Part shown: positions 27,640 to 36,877 of the stretch, piece by piece
How positions within the stretch are numbered: the first letter of the stretch is position 1
Layout: every line of letters begins with the position of its first letter
Virus record (IMG/VR): IMGVR_UViG_3300025518_000031
Coordinates: 1 to 45,401 of that record
Length of the DNA stretch: 45,401 bases
Direction: 5' to 3' (one strand)
Origin: a virus
Lineage: Duplodnaviria; Caudoviricetes
Program-made: the position numbers and the translations under genes
The notes under the pieces: model-generated
What the model was told of the DNA's origin: nothing
What the model saw: only the letters and a program-made list of their open reading frames with translations
The model's database searches: none

Positions 27640-27918
27640 GTGGCGGTCACACTCGAAGATACGAAAATCTGGCTGAGAGTTGACGGTGAGGCTGAGGACG
27701 CGCTCATCGAAAGCCTGATCGAAGCGGCAGAGGAGCTGGTGGAAGGCGTCCTGCGCTTCCCCTTGAGCGAGTTTGCGCAAAGCGTGCCCGAGCCGGTCAA
27801 GCACGCCGTCTATTACGCCGTGGCCAAGCTTTTTGAGGAGCGAAACGACTTGAAACACGACGAGCTGACCCAGGTGCTCAAGGCCCTGCTCTTCTCCTAC
27901 CGAAAGGCGGAGTGGTGA
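27640..27918 (+). CDS. Head-tail connector (gp6-like)
   Basis: VTLEDTKIWLRVD..EDALIESLI.AA, LFEER. Confidence 0.88.
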   Translation: MAVTLEDTKIWLRVDGEAEDALIESLIEAAEELVEGVLRFPLSEFAQSVPEPVKHAVYYAVAKLFEERNDLKHDELTQVLKALLFSYRKAEW

Positions 27919-28244
27919 TGAAAATCGGGAAACTGCGGCACCGGGTCAGGATTCAGGCATATACCGCCGACAGAGACAGCTTTGGCGCGGAGGAACAGAT
28001 ATGGACGGACGTGGCGACTGTCTGGGCCAATATTACGCCGGTTTCGGGCAAGGAGTACTTCGCTTCCGCGCAAACCAACGCGGAGGTTTCCACAAAGGTC
28101 ACCATGCGCTATCGCAGCGGGATCACGCCGAAAATGCGCGTCGTCTTTGGCGCGCGTGTTTTTGAGATTATCTCCGCGCTGAATTTTGAGGAGCGCGGCG
28201 TCGAGCTCAACCTCATGTGCAAGGAGAGTGTCCCGGATGGCTAA
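27918..28244 (+). CDS. Head closure / head-tail adaptor protein
   Basis: IGKLRHRVRIQ, W.DVATVWA.I.PVSGKE, TMRYR.GI. Confidence 0.88.
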   Translation: MKIGKLRHRVRIQAYTADRDSFGAEEQIWTDVATVWANITPVSGKEYFASAQTNAEVSTKVTMRYRSGITPKMRVVFGARVFEIISALNFEERGVELNLMCKESVPDG

Positions 28245-28644
28245 GCGGCTGCGGGTAAAGAAGCTGAAAACGCATATCGAGGGCTTGGACGAGGTCATAA
28301 AACTTGTGGAGCAGCTGGGCGACGCGGCGGCGGAGGCGCTGGACAAAGCCTCAGGGGCCGGGGGCGAAATTGTGCTGGCGGCAGCCAAGCAAAAAGCGCC
28401 GGTGGATACCGGGCTTTTGCGGGATAGCTTAACGCTTAAAAAAAGCAAGGTGCGTAAGCCCAATATCAAAAGCGAGCATGTGGTGACCAGGGGAAAAGGG
28501 GCGGATCATTTCGCCCCGGTGGAGCTGGGGACATCCAAGATGAAGGCCCAGCCCTTTCTCCGCCCGGCTATTGACGAGAACAAGAGCAGCGTCGCCAAGG
28601 CGGTAAACGACGAGCTGTTACAAGCCATCGGGAGGGTGAGATGA
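28237..28644 (+). CDS. HK97 gp10-like neck/tail component
   Basis: APVDTGLLRDS, VELGTSKMKAQPFLRPA. Confidence 0.88.
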   Translation: MAKRLRVKKLKTHIEGLDEVIKLVEQLGDAAAEALDKASGAGGEIVLAAAKQKAPVDTGLLRDSLTLKKSKVRKPNIKSEHVVTRGKGADHFAPVELGTSKMKAQPFLRPAIDENKSSVAKAVNDELLQAIGRVR

Positions 28645-29018
28645 TGAGACTGGAGGAAGCGGTCAGCGGCTATCTGCAGCCAAAACTAAAGGGAGTCCTC
28701 TACCCATTCCTCTTGCCGCAAAAGCGCGATCTTCCGGCCGTGGCCTACTTCCCCGTCTCGGTAGAGCGGCTGCACAGCCTGACAGCGGACACTGGCTTTG
28801 TAAAGCAGCGGCTGCAGTTTAGCTGCTTTGCCAAGTCATACAAACAGGCGGCGGAGACGGCTAAGACCATCCAAGGGGCGCTGCAGGACTTCACCGGAGC
28901 GATGAATGGCCTGACCATCGGCGCTGTCTTGCTCCTGGATGAAGTGTCCGACTATGAACAGGATACGGGGCTTTATTCCGTATCCCTGGAATTTGAATTT
29001 CAGTTTGAGGAGGTTTAA
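28641..29018 (+). CDS. Tail terminator (DUF3168-like)
   Basis: LYP..LPQ...PAVAY, RLQFSCFAKSY..A; position before the tail tube genes. Confidence 0.75.
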   Translation: MMRLEEAVSGYLQPKLKGVLYPFLLPQKRDLPAVAYFPVSVERLHSLTADTGFVKQRLQFSCFAKSYKQAAETAKTIQGALQDFTGAMNGLTIGAVLLLDEVSDYEQDTGLYSVSLEFEFQFEEV

Positions 29019-29021
29019 ACC

Positions 29022-29405
29022 ATGGCCATAGCAGGTAAAAGCGGCAAATTGGGGCTGGGCGCAAGCGCCGTCATGGATATCAGCAGCTGGACACTGGAGC
29101 TGGGCGCGGATACGCTTGACGTAACGGCCCTCGGCGACGACTGGAAGAAATTCATCGCCGGTTTAAAGGAATGGTCGGCATCGGCCGAAGGCTTCTACTC
29201 GGTGCATACGGACGCCACTGGCCAGAGGGCGCTGCAGGAAGCGTACTTAAACGGCGCGGAAGTCTCGCTCAGGCTCTATGTCAACGCGGCAAATTATTAT
29301 TCCGGCAGCGCCCATATCTCCGGCCTGTCCGTGGAGGACCCGGTGGACGATACGGTCAGCATCTCCTTCGAGTTCCAGGGCACCGGCGCGCTGGAATACA
29401 ACTAA
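29022..29405 (+). CDS. Tail tube (major tail) protein
   Basis: W.LEL.ADTLDVT, WKKFIAGLKEWSAS, YSGSA.I, SFEFQGTGAL. Confidence 0.8.
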   Translation: MAIAGKSGKLGLGASAVMDISSWTLELGADTLDVTALGDDWKKFIAGLKEWSASAEGFYSVHTDATGQRALQEAYLNGAEVSLRLYVNAANYYSGSAHISGLSVEDPVDDTVSISFEFQGTGALEYN

Positions 29406-29419
29406 GGCGGTGAAGAATC

Positions 29420-30034
29420 ATGCCTTTAGCTGGCAAAGTAGGCGCGGTGTTCCTGCAGACGGAGGCTGAGCCGGTGGCCTTTATCAAGGAAAGCGCCGCG
29501 GGCAACCCGCAGAGGACGGCCTATACCATTGAAAACGAAACATTAAGGTATCTGGACAAAAACACGCCCGTTGTGGTGTACGTCAACGATGTGGCGGTGA
29601 GCGGCGGGTTTACCGTAGAGCACTTGGGCGGCGTGGTCCGCTTTTTAGCGCCGCTGCCTGAAGGAGCCACGGTGACGGTCAGCGGCAAAAGCGTAAACGT
29701 TGACCAGGCGGGCGGCTTCTTTAACTGGAGCGCCGAGCTGGCGGCAGACACGGCGGATATAACCACCTTTGCGAGTGAGGGCTGGAAGGAACACCTGCCC
29801 GCCGTGAAGGGGTTTACGGCCTCCGCGGAGAGCTACTGGGCGGACGGGCGCTTGTCGGAAAGGCTCGGCCGGGAAATCATCGTGGCCCTGTATTTGGATA
29901 CAGGCACCAACAAAAACCGCTATGAGGGCTACGCGGTAATCGCGGGCGACAGCATTGAATTAGCCGCCGACGATGTGGTCAATGAGAGCATCGAGTTTGA
30001 GGGCAGCGGCAATCTGTATTACAGGGAGGACTAA
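29420..30034 (+). CDS. Second tail-tube paralog with an inserted beta-domain
   Basis: Same tube motifs (WSAELAADTADIT, WKEHL, SIEFEGSG) with about 80 extra aa after the first strand. Confidence 0.7.
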   Translation: MPLAGKVGAVFLQTEAEPVAFIKESAAGNPQRTAYTIENETLRYLDKNTPVVVYVNDVAVSGGFTVEHLGGVVRFLAPLPEGATVTVSGKSVNVDQAGGFFNWSAELAADTADITTFASEGWKEHLPAVKGFTASAESYWADGRLSERLGREIIVALYLDTGTNKNRYEGYAVIAGDSIELAADDVVNESIEFEGSGNLYYRED

Positions 30035-30052
30035 CACCCAATACTCTGAACA

Positions 30053-30081
30053 TAGACTTAGCTCAAGCCTTACATTATAAT
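30053..30081 (+). promoter_or_regulatory. SigA-type promoter of the glycosylase moron
   Basis: TAGACT-N17-TATAAT. Confidence 0.68.
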
Positions 30082-30110
30082 CAAAATAGAAAATATAGGG
30101 AGATGATGAT

Positions 30111-30683
30111 GTGGGTTACAGGGTTAAGATGAGTAGTCCAGAGGGCAGTTTTGAAACCCTGAAAGATATTTTGCCAAAAGAAAACATCAATCTTGACATA
30201 CTGTTTATTGCCAAGGTTCCTGCACCTTGTAGCGTTAATATTGGACATTATTTTCAGGGGAAGCAAGGCCAAATGTTTTGGAACATTCTTCAAAATCATG
30301 GATTGCTTAAAGTTCCTTTTGGTAAAAAAGAAGATGATGTACTTCTTGAGCACCGATACGGACTAATGGACATAGTAAAAAAACCAAGGGAATATGGATC
30401 TGAACCAACAAGAAGTGAGTATATAAGCGGGATGCAAAGGATATTAAACGCTATTAATAGCTTTAAGCCAAAGGTAGTTGTTTTCGTATACAAAGGTGTT
30501 TTGGACAAAATCTTGGCGTTTGAATTTGGCGTTAAGGAAAAAGCTTCATATGGTTTCAATGATAAACTCTCAGGATTCTTTGGGGGGAGCAGAGTATTTG
30601 TATTTCCTATGCCGGGGACACCTTGTAAAAGTGAAACAGCGAAACGAAGTATGAATGACCTTAAAGAATACTTAAATAAGTGA
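30111..30683 (+). CDS. Uracil-DNA glycosylase superfamily (MUG/TDG-like) protein, moron
   Basis: LDILFIAKVP..SVNIGHYFQG.QGQMFW, YGLMDIVK, FKPKVVVFV.K, VFVFPMP; AT-rich. Confidence 0.72.
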   Translation: MGYRVKMSSPEGSFETLKDILPKENINLDILFIAKVPAPCSVNIGHYFQGKQGQMFWNILQNHGLLKVPFGKKEDDVLLEHRYGLMDIVKKPREYGSEPTRSEYISGMQRILNAINSFKPKVVVFVYKGVLDKILAFEFGVKEKASYGFNDKLSGFFGGSRVFVFPMPGTPCKSETAKRSMNDLKEYLNK

Positions 30684-30707
30684 AAATAGGCTTAGATACT
30701 TACACTT

Positions 30708-30737
30708 AAAAAGCGTCCTTTCAAAAGGGCGTTTTTT
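30708..30737. terminator. Bidirectional intrinsic terminator after the glycosylase moron
   Basis: AAAAAGCGTCCTT/AAGGGCGTTTTTT inverted repeat with A and T tails. Confidence 0.78.
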
Positions 30738-30756
30738 GTTAGGGAGAGTGATATTT

Positions 30757-31077
30757 GTGAAACCAGGCATTACTATAGAGCTGGACAAACCGAGGACGCT
30801 CCGTTACGGCATGAACGCGCTGATCAAGATCGAGGAGCTGACGGGCAAGAACCTGACAAAGCTTGACCTCGACAATATCTCCGTGAAAGACCTGCGGACA
30901 ATTGTCTACGCCGGTCTTTTTCATGAGGACAAAGAGCTGACCCCGGAAAAGTGCGCGGACTTAATTGACGAGTACAGCGACATTACCACGGTGGCCGGGA
31001 AACTGGGCGAAGCGATGACGCTGGCCTTCGGCGCGCAGCCGGGAAACCCGCAGGCGGTGGAGGCAGCCGGGAAATAA
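30757..31077 (+). CDS. Tail assembly chaperone (gpG-like)
   Basis: IELDKPRTLRYGMNALIKIEE; position before the tape measure; slippery site at its 3' end. Confidence 0.82.
   Translation: MKPGITIELDKPRTLRYGMNALIKIEELTGKNLTKLDLDNISVKDLRTIVYAGLFHEDKELTPEKCADLIDEYSDITTVAGKLGEAMTLAFGAQPGNPQAVEAAGK
31041..31047 (+). other. -1 ribosomal frameshift heptamer G GGA AAC
   Basis: X XXY YYZ in the correct phase; -1 frame is open into the 31119-31388 ORF. Confidence 0.8.
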
Positions 31078-31388
31078 GCTTTGCCGAGCTGTTCTCCGCC
31101 GCCGTAAAGAGACTAAAAATGCACCCGGCCCAAGTTTGGGAGTTGACCCCCTTTGAGCTGGGGCTTTTCTTTGAGGGCTACGCCGAGGAAAAAGCGGAGC
31201 GAAGGCAAGAGCTTATCTACCTGGCTTGGCACATCGAAGCCTTCGCCAGGCAGAAGCGGCTGCCCAGCCTAAAGAAAATGCTCAAAGACAGCGGAAGAAA
31301 AAAGGCCGCCCCAAGCCGCCTTTCCACGGAGCAGCTGATCGGAATCGCGCGGAGCAAGGGGCTCAAAGTCCCGGCGAAATGGAGGTGA
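31041..31388 (+). CDS. Tail assembly chaperone frameshift extension (gpT-like)
   Basis: -1 frame GKPAGGGGSREISFAELF...MHPAQVWELTPFEL...; WELTP.E motif typical of gpT. Confidence 0.78.
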   Translation, partial: GKPAGGGGSREISFAELFSAAVKRLKMHPAQVWELTPFELGLFFEGYAEEKAERRQELIYLAWHIEAFARQKRLPSLKKMLKDSGRKKAAPSRLSTEQLIGIARSKGLKVPAKWR

Positions 31389-31392
31389 TGGG

Positions 31393-33450
31393 ATGGCGGT
31401 ACTGCGCAATGTGGTCGTTAAAATCGGCGCGGATATCTCCGAGCTGCAAAAAAGCTTAAGCGAGGCGTCCAAAACCCTGGATAAGGCGGGCGAAACCCTC
31501 ACCTCCATCGGCGGGACGCTCACAAAAGGGCTGACCCTCCCCATCGCGGCCGCGACAACAGGAATCTTAAAGCTGGGGATGGATTTTGACAGAGCTTTCG
31601 ACAAGATCCGCGTCGGCACCGGCGCTACCGGCGAGGCCCTGGCAGGCTTGCAGGACGATTTCCGGGCGGTCTACTCCACTGTTCCCGCGGGGATGGCCGA
31701 GGTGAGTACCGCCATCGCCGATCTGAACACCAGGACGGGCCTGGCCGGGAAACCGCTGCGGGAGCTGTCCACCCAGATGCTCAACCTCTCCCGTATCACC
31801 GGTGAGGAGCTCTCCGGCATGATCGCCGGCTCCTCCCGCCTGTTCGGCGACTGGAGCATAGCGGCGGACGATACCGCGGGCACGATGGATTACCTTTTCA
31901 AGGTATCCCAGAGCACCGGCATCGGCTTTAACGATCTTAACGCCAAGCTGGTGCAGTTTGGCGCGCCGCTGCGGCAGATGGGCTTTGACCTGGAGACGGC
32001 GGCGGCCATGCTGGGGAAGTTTGAAAAAGAAGGGGTCAACACCGAGCTGGTCCTGGGCGGCCTGCGCATCGCGCTGGGTAAAATGGCCAAAACGGGCATT
32101 ACGGACACCAAGGCGGCGCTGGAAGAAGTCACTAAAAGGATTAAGGAAGCAGGCTCCACCGGCGAAGCCAACGCCATCGCCCTGGAGATGTTCGGCGCCC
32201 GCATCGGCCCGGACATGGCGGCGGCCATCAGAGAAGGCCGCTTTGAGCTCTCAGAGCTGGTATCCGCTTTAAAGACAAGCGGGGAAACGATTAACGGCGC
32301 GGCCTTTGAGACGATGGATTTCGCGGAGCAGCTTGCCGTGATGCGGAACAAAGCGGCCGTGGCCCTGGAGCCGCTGGGGACTTCTTTGATGCAGGCCGTC
32401 AACTCCGCCATGCCCGCCATTGAAGGGCTGATCGGCAAGCTCAGCGCTTTGGTGGACTGGTTTGCGAACTTAAGCGGCGGCTCGCAGAAACTGATCCTCT
32501 CATTTCTTGGCATCGCCGCCGCCATCGGGCCGCTGCTGACGCTGGTGGGCACACTCGCAAACGGCGTCAGCTCGGCGATTAAGGCGGTAAAATGGCTGGC
32601 CGACGCCAAGAACCTGGCCGCGCTTAAGACCCATGCCCTGGCCGCGGCGCAAAAAGTAGCGGCGGTGGCGCAAAAGGTCCTAAACGCGGTGATGGCGGCC
32701 AACCCCCTCGGGCTTGTGATCGTGGCCATAGCGGCGCTGGTGGCCATCATTATCCATCTGTGGAAGACCAACGAGGGTTTTAGAAACGCAGTGGTCGCCG
32801 TATGGGACGGCATTAAAACCGCGGCCGCGAATATGGCCGCCGGGATTAAAAGCGCTTTTGACAATATCAGAAACTGGATCAGCGGCCTTGTGGCAAGCGG
32901 GGTGCGCTTGGCCGAGAGCCTGGCAGGCGGCATCACGCGGGCGCTGGGCGCTTTGGCGGGCAATATCCGAAGCGCCCTGAACCAGGCGCTCTCCATAGTC
33001 ACAGGCCTGGGCAAGAGCTTTTTTGACGCCGGGCGCAGCCTGATCGCCAGTATCGCCAGCGGCATCACCAGCGCCGCCGCCAGGGTCGCCGACAGCGTTA
33101 AAAGCGTCGTGGCCCGGGTCAGGTCTTTCCTGCCCTTTTCCCCGGCAAAAGAGGGCCCGCTGAAGGATTTGGACAAGTTGGACTTCAGCGGCCCGCTGAT
33201 TGAGAGCATCAAAAACGCTATCCCCAAGGCGGAGCGGATGCTTGGCAGCCTGCTGGAAGTAAGCCTTCCTTCGTTGACGGTGCCGCCGGAGCCGCCAGGG
33301 CAGCCGGTAGCGGCGGGAGCATACGGCCAGGGCGGCCCGCTGGTGGTGGTGGAGAATATGACCGTGCGCGCGGAAACGGATATTGAGGAGATCAGCCGCA
33401 GGCTGTACCGTTATATCGAGGCGGCTAACCGGGGGAGGGGGAGATTGTAA
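31393..33450 (+). CDS. Tail tape measure protein
   Basis: VVKIGADISEL, Ala/Gly-rich helical sequence, hydrophobic ANPLGLVIVAIAALVA, LPFSPAKEGPL. Confidence 0.92.
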   Translation: MAVLRNVVVKIGADISELQKSLSEASKTLDKAGETLTSIGGTLTKGLTLPIAAATTGILKLGMDFDRAFDKIRVGTGATGEALAGLQDDFRAVYSTVPAGMAEVSTAIADLNTRTGLAGKPLRELSTQMLNLSRITGEELSGMIAGSSRLFGDWSIAADDTAGTMDYLFKVSQSTGIGFNDLNAKLVQFGAPLRQMGFDLETAAAMLGKFEKEGVNTELVLGGLRIALGKMAKTGITDTKAALEEVTKRIKEAGSTGEANAIALEMFGARIGPDMAAAIREGRFELSELVSALKTSGETINGAAFETMDFAEQLAVMRNKAAVALEPLGTSLMQAVNSAMPAIEGLIGKLSALVDWFANLSGGSQKLILSFLGIAAAIGPLLTLVGTLANGVSSAIKAVKWLADAKNLAALKTHALAAAQKVAAVAQKVLNAVMAANPLGLVIVAIAALVAIIIHLWKTNEGFRNAVVAVWDGIKTAAANMAAGIKSAFDNIRNWISGLVASGVRLAESLAGGITRALGALAGNIRSALNQALSIVTGLGKSFFDAGRSLIASIASGITSAAARVADSVKSVVARVRSFLPFSPAKEGPLKDLDKLDFSGPLIESIKNAIPKAERMLGSLLEVSLPSLTVPPEPPGQPVAAGAYGQGGPLVVVENMTVRAETDIEEISRRLYRYIEAANRGRGRL

Positions 33451-34211
33451 TGGGGCACTTCTCGTTTGCCGGGGAACACTGCGGCAGCTACTCCGTTTAT
33501 CTCCTGCGCTCCCCTCTCTCCCTTTTTCCGGGGGCGCGGGAAAAAGTGATCGTCATGCCGGGCAGGCATGGCGTCTTCAGGATGCCGCCCGACTTTGAAG
33601 CCCGCGTGCTCAGCTTGGACTGCTGGCTTAAAATCGCGTCATATGAGGATCTCTATCAGCAGCTGGACCGGCTGCGCTCCTGGCTGAACCCGATGCGGGG
33701 AGCGCAGCGGCTGGTCTTTGACGACTCACCGGACAGGTACTATCTGGCCACCTGGACGGATGCGGATCTGCAGATGAGGGTGACGGCAAGCCAGGGGCTG
33801 TTTACGCTGCGGATGGCCTGCGATGACCCCTTCGCCTACGACCTCGCGCCGGATGAGCTGTTCATGACGACAAGCCCATACACCCACTACCAAAGGGGGA
33901 CGGCGCCGTCAGACCCTCTCTTTCTGCTGCGGGGCATATCGGGCGGCGGCAGCCAGTTTCTGACGGTCAAAGTCAATGAGGAGCAGTTCACCTACCGGGG
34001 AGCGCTCTCCGCGGGGGAGCGGCTGGAGGTGGATGGCCGGCAAAAGACGGCCGTTATCGTGCGGGGGGAAGCCAGGGAGAAAGCCTTGCACCTGCTGGAG
34101 CGGCCAAGCTTCCCGCAGCTCACGCCGGGGGCCAACACCATTCAAGTGGTCGCGGCAGGTGGCGCGACCTGGTCAAACTTAGAGATAAGCTGCCGCAACC
34201 GCTGGCTGTAA
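33450..34211 (+). CDS. Distal tail (Dit) protein
   Basis: MPGRHG, LVFDDSPDRYY.A, CDDPFAY, FPQLTPGANTI. Confidence 0.85.
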   Translation: MGHFSFAGEHCGSYSVYLLRSPLSLFPGAREKVIVMPGRHGVFRMPPDFEARVLSLDCWLKIASYEDLYQQLDRLRSWLNPMRGAQRLVFDDSPDRYYLATWTDADLQMRVTASQGLFTLRMACDDPFAYDLAPDELFMTTSPYTHYQRGTAPSDPLFLLRGISGGGSQFLTVKVNEEQFTYRGALSAGERLEVDGRQKTAVIVRGEAREKALHLLERPSFPQLTPGANTIQVVAAGGATWSNLEISCRNRWL

Positions 34212-34223
34212 AGGAGGGATACC

Positions 34224-35204
34224 GTGGCTAAGACGCCATTTAAAAGAGTAACAAGCAGAGAGATCTACGGAGCGGACATCTCCGGGCTGCAGGACGCGGT
34301 CAACAAACTGGAAACAGTGCTGGAGATGGACGCGGCCAGTATCGAAAACCATACGCTTTCCCCTGTGGAAGACCAGCCGGAGGAAGCCCTGCACCGGCGG
34401 ATTTATGAGGGGGATATGCGCAACTGGCTGGAAAGCCCCGCGCCTGTGGTCAGGCGTAGCGGCCAAACCGTTCCCGCGGGGGAATATATTCTGTACGCCG
34501 CCCAGGGGATGGTCGTCTTTCATGAGCAGCAACCCCCCGGCGTCACTATCGCTGCGGATTTTTCTTATGTGCACTCTACCTCGCCCTTTAGCGGCCACGT
34601 GGGCGCGGGCGGCACAGCCCACGCCTCCGCGACGGCTGAAACGGCCGGGTTTATGACGGCGGGCGACAAGCTGCGGCTGGACGCGCTGGATTATCTGCGT
34701 TACCGGCGGCTCGGGCTATACCACGCCGGTATCACCGCCGCCGGGATGGCCCCCTTGACCACTTCGGCCAACAACATCGACCTGCTGCCGTTTTATGTGC
34801 CGGCCGCCCAGTCTTTCGACCGCGTCGCCGTCAACGTCACTACCGCCGCCGCTGGCAACGCGCGGCTCGGGGTATACGCCGACAGCGGCGCGGTCTATCC
34901 GGGCGCGCTGATCCTTGACGCCGGGGTAGTGACCACAGGCACGACGGGCATCAGGTGGCTGGAGGCGAATTTAACGCTCCTGCCCGGCCTTTATTGGCTG
35001 GCGCGACTGCAGGACGCTACGCCGAGCCTGCAGGGCCTGGCCGGCACGGGCATGCTGGCGCTGGGCAGCGAGGATTTGGGGGCGGCCTGGATCACCGGCT
35101 ACCGCTTGGCTAGGGCCTACGCTGACGGCTTCCCCGCCGCCTTTCCGCCCGGCGCGGCGCAGATCACCGGGGCTAGGCCCGCTGTCTTCCTAAGGAGGGC
35201 GTAG
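34224..35204 (+). CDS. Baseplate / tail fibre-like protein
   Basis: ADISGLQDAVNKLE, H..AT.ETAGFMTAGDK.RLD fibre-type motif, C-terminal beta-sandwich. Confidence 0.65.
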   Translation: MAKTPFKRVTSREIYGADISGLQDAVNKLETVLEMDAASIENHTLSPVEDQPEEALHRRIYEGDMRNWLESPAPVVRRSGQTVPAGEYILYAAQGMVVFHEQQPPGVTIAADFSYVHSTSPFSGHVGAGGTAHASATAETAGFMTAGDKLRLDALDYLRYRRLGLYHAGITAAGMAPLTTSANNIDLLPFYVPAAQSFDRVAVNVTTAAAGNARLGVYADSGAVYPGALILDAGVVTTGTTGIRWLEANLTLLPGLYWLARLQDATPSLQGLAGTGMLALGSEDLGAAWITGYRLARAYADGFPAAFPPGAAQITGARPAVFLRRA

Positions 35205-35206
35205 CA

Positions 35207-36670
35207 GTGTATAACAGCGGCAGCCGGTATAACACAGGACACCTTTACAACCGCATTCTTCTCCCCTGGCACCCGGTTCCCTGGTATGACCGGCTGGGCT
35301 TCGCCGTGCCTGTCGTCGTCAACAAGCAGCTGGAGCCGGTCGCCCTCCTGCACGACGCCTATGAGATCATCGTGCACCAGACCCTGGGCAGCGAAGACCG
35401 GCTGGAGTTCAAGCTGCCTGTAAAGCCCGGCGCGGAAGCTTTGGAGACCGGTATGATGCTTGACCTGGCGGGGAGCGTTTACCGGGCGATGGTGCTCGCC
35501 AACGAGGAGGACGACTCGGGGGCCAGGTACTGGCAGGTTGAAGCCTGGGCGCTGTGGTACGATTTGCTGAAAGCTCCGGACGCGCCCGCGCGGGAATGGG
35601 AAAACGCCGTAGCGGCGGATGTGCTTGCCTACCTTTTATCAGGCACGGGCTGGCAGGCGGGGGACGCTCCTGCCTCCTCCGTCCGGCCCTTCGTTTTCCG
35701 GGGCGGCTGCAACCGCCTGGAAGCGCTGCGGGAGATGGAGCGCCTCTTTCAAGTGGAGCTGGGTTTTCAGACAAAACAAAAGACGGTGTCCCTCCGGGAC
35801 GCCGCGGGGGAAGAACGCAACGTTTTCTTTTTAAGGGGGAAAAACCTGCGCCGGGCCCAGGAGGAAAGAAACGTAATCGAGCAGGCGACCAGGGTTTATC
35901 CCCGGGGCAGGGGCGGCCTGACTATCGCCACGGTGAACAGCGGCATCCCCTATCTGGAGGTGGAGAGCGGCTACGATCCCCCTCCTTCTGCAGTCCTTGT
36001 CGCAGAGGAATTCACCGACCCCAACCAACTGAAAGAATATGCCCAGGCGTTTCTCTCCGCCGTCAGCCAGGCGCAGGTAAGCTATGAGTGCGGCATTGTC
36101 GACCTCTCCGCTCTGCCGGGTTATGAGGGGGAAAAGGTCAGCCTTGGAGACGTGGTGACGGTTTACGATGAGGATTCCGGCATCTATGTCAAGACAAGGG
36201 TCGTGCGCATGCGCTATTTCGTGGAGGAGCCCTGGCGGAGCGAAATCGAGCTGGCCGCCGTCCGCAAAGACCTCTCGGAGACGCTCAGCCAGGTTAAGCA
36301 CTCCGTGGCTTTGTTTGATACGGCGGATATGGTGGACAAAAAAGACATCGAGCAGCTCTCCGTCTTTAACCTGCTCTTAAACTCCCGGGCGGAGAGCGGC
36401 ACCGCTTACTGGATAAACGACGGCTGGACGGTGGACGGCACGCAAGGCTATTCAGGTGGCGCGTCTTTTAAAGCTGTGGGCGCGCTGGGCGTATCCAAAA
36501 CGCTGACGCAGACCGTGCATCCCGCCCACCGGGACAGCTATGTGTTAAGCCTGCGGGCGGCCTTGGATAACATCCGGCTGGGGCCAAACGGCAGGGTCGG
36601 GGTTGAAGTGGTCATCCATTACGAGGACGGCAGCAGCGAAACGCGGTTTGTTTCCCTGGTCCTTGCGTAA
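35207..36670 (+). CDS. Tail-associated (Tal / prophage endopeptidase-like) hub protein ending in a partial carbohydrate-binding-like domain
   Basis: GTGW, GKNL, TRVYPRG.GGLTI..VN.G, VSLGDVV.V.D, RVVR; C-terminal FNLLLNS...W. Confidence 0.82.
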   Translation: MYNSGSRYNTGHLYNRILLPWHPVPWYDRLGFAVPVVVNKQLEPVALLHDAYEIIVHQTLGSEDRLEFKLPVKPGAEALETGMMLDLAGSVYRAMVLANEEDDSGARYWQVEAWALWYDLLKAPDAPAREWENAVAADVLAYLLSGTGWQAGDAPASSVRPFVFRGGCNRLEALREMERLFQVELGFQTKQKTVSLRDAAGEERNVFFLRGKNLRRAQEERNVIEQATRVYPRGRGGLTIATVNSGIPYLEVESGYDPPPSAVLVAEEFTDPNQLKEYAQAFLSAVSQAQVSYECGIVDLSALPGYEGEKVSLGDVVTVYDEDSGIYVKTRVVRMRYFVEEPWRSEIELAAVRKDLSETLSQVKHSVALFDTADMVDKKDIEQLSVFNLLLNSRAESGTAYWINDGWTVDGTQGYSGGASFKAVGALGVSKTLTQTVHPAHRDSYVLSLRAALDNIRLGPNGRVGVEVVIHYEDGSSETRFVSLVLA

Positions 36671-36683
36671 GGAGTTGTGCGCC

Positions 36684-36869
36684 ATGGCGTTTTTTGAACC
36701 TTATCTAAAGTCTGTATCCCCAAGCAAAAAAGTTGAGAGAATCGAAGTGCGCCTTTGCCTGGAGGACGCCAGCGGCCAGGTCAACGTCGCCGACATCGTG
36801 CTGCAGGGCGGCAGGCTGGCTACTCTGTGGAACGGCCACCCCGCGGAGCTTCGCTTCTCCTTTGAGTAG
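36684..36869 (+). CDS. Small tail protein (61 aa) resembling the C-terminal half of a CBM-like jelly-roll
   Basis: RBS AAGGAG; KKVERIEVRL...SGQVNVADIVLQGG.LATLW. Confidence 0.7.
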   Translation: MAFFEPYLKSVSPSKKVERIEVRLCLEDASGQVNVADIVLQGGRLATLWNGHPAELRFSFE

Positions 36870-36877
36870 GTGAGCGG

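Noticed and set aside
31890-33227. Long minus-strand ORFs (445 aa here; also 22242-23291, 37603-38628, 16842-17735)
   Set aside because: Antisense shadows of GC-rich + strand genes with no recognisable motifs
36603-36684. Programmed frameshift fusing Tal to the 61-aa ORF
   Set aside because: Would need a +1 shift with no convincing shift site, and the small ORF has its own AAGGAG RBS; not fully excluded
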